Shown here: one piece after another, positions 59,584 to 64,000 of the stretch
How the letters are laid out: the number at the start of each line of letters is the position of its first letter
Position numbering within the stretch: position 1 is the stretch's first letter
Notes under the pieces: model-generated
What the model saw: only the letters and a program-made list of their open reading frames with translations
What the model was told of the DNA's origin: nothing
Databases searched by the model: none
DNA from: Fistulifera solaris
Lineage: Eukaryota
Direction of reading: 5' to 3'
NCBI GenBank assembly: GCA_030295235.1
Contig: AP026140.1
Coordinates: forward strand, 62,001 to 126,000
DNA length: 64,000 nucleotides
Position numbers and translations under genes: made by a program

Positions 59584-60541
59584 TTCCTATGATAGAAACG
59601 CAACCACGCACACAACATACAGATACATTCCCTCATACATACTTACATTCTCTTACATTAAGAGACATTAGATTGAACACACGAGATCACAAATTGGTTA
59701 ACCAGTGATAATAGACTATTTTTTTCTATCTTGCTTACAACATAGACTGCTACATCATGAACTCTTTTAGCCTATTTGACCTTACCGCCAATTCCTCATC
59801 TACTTTTTTCCTTCCACGATCCTGTGGCGAGAGGAGCTTTACTAGAGATGAATCCTAGATACTGGATCGGGGCCCCTAGCTGCAAAGATCGAACGGTGCG
59901 CATGGACTGACGAGCAAACGAAAAGTTCCATCGGCAAGAGCAATAGCCCCGACGAGCACTGACGTAGATCTTCCAATGTCGACTGTCGACTCCGACTTTT
60001 CAGTAATTCCGGATTCCACGAACGAACATTGATCCGGTTGTGACTGTAGCGTGTGAAGTAGTCTCATCGCCGCTCGCCGCTACGATAGTCTTTCGTACAC
60101 TAGCCCGCTGCACTTTGCACTTGCAGTCTGGATTCAGGATGACGACATAGTTCTCATTTTGAGAAAGGAGGGAGGGGCGGAGGAGTGAGGATTGAGGATT
60201 GTTCGTCGTTGATCCGGTTGGATCAAAATCTTACGTCAGCATCGTCATTAGGTCATGAGTCATATTTGACTCTACTCATTAGAGTATACTTGTAATGCAC
60301 ACGGCTCTAAGGACGTATAAAAATGTAGGCTCGATAATGTATTTCCTGGATGACGTCATTTGTTTTCAATGTTCACGATCACGTCATCCATAATATTCAT
60401 TACCTGTACGACAAGTAATGCGGCATTCACGGAGGTCTTTTGGCAACAAAATTTCGTCCCATTTTTTATTTGTGTTCCACATCATCGATGACGAGTTTGA
60501 TAACAATTCAATCATCGTTGAACTAACTGCATTTCAACACA

Positions 60542-61975
60542 ATGGAGACGAGCGATTCCCTGTCTTACAAGTATATCAAGGGCAAACGACCTTTGGAAGT
60601 GTCTTCGGATTCGTCTTTCGAAAATGGAATAACCGAAACCTCTGACGCAGAAATTCATGTATCCGGGTCGAAGAAGCAAAAAATCGTTAGTTGCTTCGAT
60701 GAGGATCATGTCGCTTCTCGTACATTTTCCCATTTCAAGAATAGTAGATTAGGCGACGTGCTTGAAAGCTCTCACTCTAAAAACCAGAAACAAAATGTCT
60801 CATCGTTGCAATCATCGCGCCTATCCGATACAAATATAGAATCATCGAACAACCACCGAGAAATTAAAGTAACATTGAGCGCTCCTTCTTCTACCGTCAC
60901 ACCCTTTCCATCGACGTCAGATATGAAAGCACTGTCTGGTAGTAATTCAGAGTCGGTGATGGCATCATCATCTTCACCTGTCGAATTGGACTCCGCCATC
61001 ACACGTAAACTGACGGAGCGATGCGAATCTCAAACACCAGCGTACAAAATGCCTAAGATGACTCCCGTTTCGGTTACGCCTTCTCCATCTTCTGTCAATT
61101 TTAGAGAAGTGAAGGTGAATGTAAAGGATGCAGTGCGTATGGAATATCTTTCTGCCAAGAAAGAAGGCACGTCAGTGAGTTGCGCTGAGGATTCGTCGGC
61201 GACGGAATCTCGCTTAAAGTTGAAGGTTCAAACTGCTGAATCAAAGCAGCCCACAGGAAGAAATGGCGTCCGGCGAGTGCTCGTACTTCTCGTTTTGTTG
61301 CTGCTCGTTCTGTTCTTTTCCTTACGCTGGAATTCGAGACCAGTTCTGACGGGTGAAAATACCGTCTTCGTTCCTGGTGCGGGTTTTTCAGGCTTTTGGT
61401 ACACATTGGGAAAACTTCGAAGTATTCCTAGTCTATCGGAAAAGGAATTTTACTGTTATTCTTCGGGATGCTTGGCAGTTGTGACGATCTTGCGCAATTC
61501 GACGGTCAACGAAGTGTATGACAAGGCCAGAGCTGTTCAGATTCGATGGCAGGAGGGTCATCTTCACCGTTATGAAGTTGTAGCCTCCTTCGTCGATGAT
61601 CTATTGAGTGATGTTGCAGTTACAGAAACAACAAATGCTACGGATTTTGATCTAACATCTCTTCTATCGGTGAACATCATCACTTCCATTCACCGCGGAG
61701 GCCCCATTCTGGCTTCTGAAATTAGAAGAGCTGAGTCGCTCGACGAGCTGAAAACGATGCTTTTGCAAACGACATGGATTCCCTTTGCCGTGGGAGGTTC
61801 TTTGTGGCACGATAGTCATATGGATGGAGCTTTCACCGCGCACCAACACCCTTTGTGTGCTTTGGAAGTCGGATTACCTTGGAACTTTGACATGATTACG
61901 AATGCGGTGAACGTCAACCTCGGAAAAGATAAAGTGGAAAAGTTTTACAACATGGGTCTGGAACATGGGTTCTAA
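60542..61975 (+). CDS. Single-TM protein with a C-terminal patatin-like lipase domain
   Basis: Ser-rich disordered N-terminus, a TM helix, then GAGFSG, CYSSG (GxSxG variant), T.IP and DGA. Confidence 0.7.
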   Translation: METSDSLSYKYIKGKRPLEVSSDSSFENGITETSDAEIHVSGSKKQKIVSCFDEDHVASRTFSHFKNSRLGDVLESSHSKNQKQNVSSLQSSRLSDTNIESSNNHREIKVTLSAPSSTVTPFPSTSDMKALSGSNSESVMASSSSPVELDSAITRKLTERCESQTPAYKMPKMTPVSVTPSPSSVNFREVKVNVKDAVRMEYLSAKKEGTSVSCAEDSSATESRLKLKVQTAESKQPTGRNGVRRVLVLLVLLLLVLFFSLRWNSRPVLTGENTVFVPGAGFSGFWYTLGKLRSIPSLSEKEFYCYSSGCLAVVTILRNSTVNEVYDKARAVQIRWQEGHLHRYEVVASFVDDLLSDVAVTETTNATDFDLTSLLSVNIITSIHRGGPILASEIRRAESLDELKTMLLQTTWIPFAVGGSLWHDSHMDGAFTAHQHPLCALEVGLPWNFDMITNAVNVNLGKDKVEKFYNMGLEHGF

Positions 61976-62034
61976 GGTTTTCGTTGGTGCTACATAGCGT
62001 CTCGGACAAGTGGCCAACGAAGCTTTCTTTATGG

Positions 62035-64000
62035 TTAAGAAGTAATTTCTAGTTCCTTCTCAGAAAGACGATCGAATGTCATTACCATTTCACAATGATC
62101 GGTGAGGGGAAACATATCAACTGGCGATGCCGAGGTAATGCGAAAAGCATTACCTGGGTACTTTTGGATGCTGGCTGACAAAGCAAAGTCGCGTCTTGCA
62201 CCAATGACCCGGTCGGGTTGCAGCTAACGTAAACAATCCTTTTGATTCTTCGGTTGGCCCTCAGTGTACGAAGTACCTCGTTGTGAAGACCCTCCCGCGC
62301 TGGATCGACAACAGCCACAAACTGCAAATTTTCCTCTTTCGCTTTGCCTATTTCCTTGCTAAGCACCTGCTCTGCTCGAGCGGCAACAAAAGCGACATCC
62401 CAGATCTTTGACGTATTGTCGCCTTCATTGTTCTCGTCGGTTCGCACTGTAAATCCATTTGCAACTGCGTTCATTTTTGCATCCTCAATTGCTAAAACAA
62501 CATACATGGATCAAGCGAATAAGAGGTTGTTGGGGAAAACTAAGCGTACATAACGTCACCGACGTACCTGGTTCACTGATATCGACGCCAACCACCTTTC
62601 CGACTGCACCTTCTTTCAGACAAGTAAGTCCGATGGTCCCTGTTCCGCAACATACGTCGAAAAGAAGCATATCTTTCGCCGACGGGGTCACTGCTTTTAC
62701 TCGATCCACTACCATTTGGTATAGTATTTCTGCCCCTTCTGTATTGACCTGGAAGAATGCACCGGGTGATATTTGGAAGTGGCATTGACCAAGTCGTTCT
62801 GTAAGAGTCTTCTTGCCAAAGACGTGCTAACGAATAAATGAAGACGCGATAAGTTAGATTGAACTCGAATAATTAATCATAAAATATCATCATCATTCAC
62901 TTACCTGTACAGGATGTTCGGGTGGAGGATTCGAGATTCCTCCAAATTCCTGAAAGAAAACGCTAGTGACTTTGATGGGTTCGTCATTGGGCAATTGAAG
63001 TTCAGCAGCGGTCAGTACGGATACTAACCGTGCCCGTTCGGCTTCGAAATGTTCCACGTAAGCGGATTCATCGCCCACTCCCCCCGATGGAGGAGTATGT
63101 TGGATGATGACCATACATTCACGCGTTCGCCGGGATGTCCGCAAAGTCATCACCCGCCAAAAACCAACATGATCTTTCACGTCATACGGCGGCAACGGAC
63201 TCGTCGCCAGAAACGCATCTACTAGATCTACTAACTGACACACTTCCGTGGGTATATTCTGACAAACGTGTGGGCGCGAAACCCCACCCGCCCAGCCAGT
63301 CACCATAAATCCGACGGCTGGAATTTTGGTCGGTTCTGTATCCTCTTTGTTCTCGTCGTCAAACTGGTATCGATACCCAAAGTTAAACTCGCATTTGTTT
63401 CTCAATGGAGTCGGTGCACTAACAATGTCCTCCACGAAAACGCTGCGATCTCCTTTGAGCCAGGAGTACAATTGTACCGTTTGTCGCTTCTTGTCTCGAT
63501 CCAGCTCTCTGTGTTGGCGTCAATCAGGACCATTATGAGCAATACTCGACCAAAATAAATAAATGAATTGCATGCTACGTACCGGAATCGCTTTTTAACG
63601 TTCGCGACAATTTTCATAGCACATCCCTTGATCATGTTCGTCATTTTCTTACTTTTCTGCTCGTCCGCTGACAACTGCCAGAGAGGGGTCACTTTGTTTT
63701 GAATCTCTTCTTCCGTGACAGGACGTCGGGCTGCTGTAGTACTTTCTTCAATGATCCGTTGTCGCTTGGAAGTCGGGGCCGAAGTGGGATCCGTATCTTC
63801 CGCAGCACCTCGTTTCTTCTTGTCGTCACTTTCTTCCGTTCCGGGCTTCGCTACCAGTTCAAATCCACGCTTGTTTTTCAACTTATTTTCATTAATGTAC
63901 TGAATCAATAACGGACACATTGATTCTTCTTTCATTGTTATGACAACAAAACTATCTTGTGGAGGTTTTCGGAACTTTTCAAAGTCGATCGCTTTGTCAG
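62035..64000 (-). CDS. tRNA (uracil-5-)-methyltransferase TRM2/TRMT2A-like, 5' end outside the window
   Basis: RNKCEF, FFQVN, DVCCGTGTIG, VDP.R.GL, YVSCNP and VDMFP.T.H.E. Introns 63509-63582, 62827-62904 and 62492-62567. Indel at about 62162. Confidence 0.92.

Noticed and set aside
1..64000. tRNA, rRNA, transposase or reverse-transcriptase genes
   Set aside because: None recognised by eye. tRNAscan-SE, Infernal and a TE-protein search would be needed to exclude them.

Overview
Gene-dense eukaryotic DNA, almost certainly from a diatom. The evidence is short 70-135 nt GT-AG introns, signal peptides followed by an F-motif typical of bipartite plastid targeting, ISIP2a/FEA1- and FBP1-like genes, and diatom-type cyclins; the species cannot be determined. 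I can reconstruct about 34 protein-coding genes. About 15 of them carry single-base indels, mostly in homopolymer runs and including essential genes, which most likely reflects assembly error. Highlights: (1) a 6.6-kb candidate trace-metal uptake cluster (FBP1-like binding protein, globin, an uncharacterised Cys/His double-repeat surface protein and a divergent ISIP2a-like protein) with a low-iron-type CACGTG motif centred in the bidirectional promoter; (2) a GT31 / pyruvyltransferase / GT31 cassette resembling the fission-yeast Pvg3/Pvg1 pyruvylated-galactose pathway, with a TPT-family transporter about 14 kb away; (3) a three-domain membrane enzyme (Mpo1/DUF962-like + HxD..H..R dioxygenase-like + PEMT-like); (4) non-coding repeats near promoters: a CCAGAA/TTCTGG family with about 17-bp periodicity at four loci, a roughly 215-bp family with a conserved 75-bp hairpin-containing core at three loci, and a young 4 x 236-bp array. 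I recognised no rRNA, tRNA, CRISPR array or transposase. All family calls come from motif recognition by eye, not database searches.
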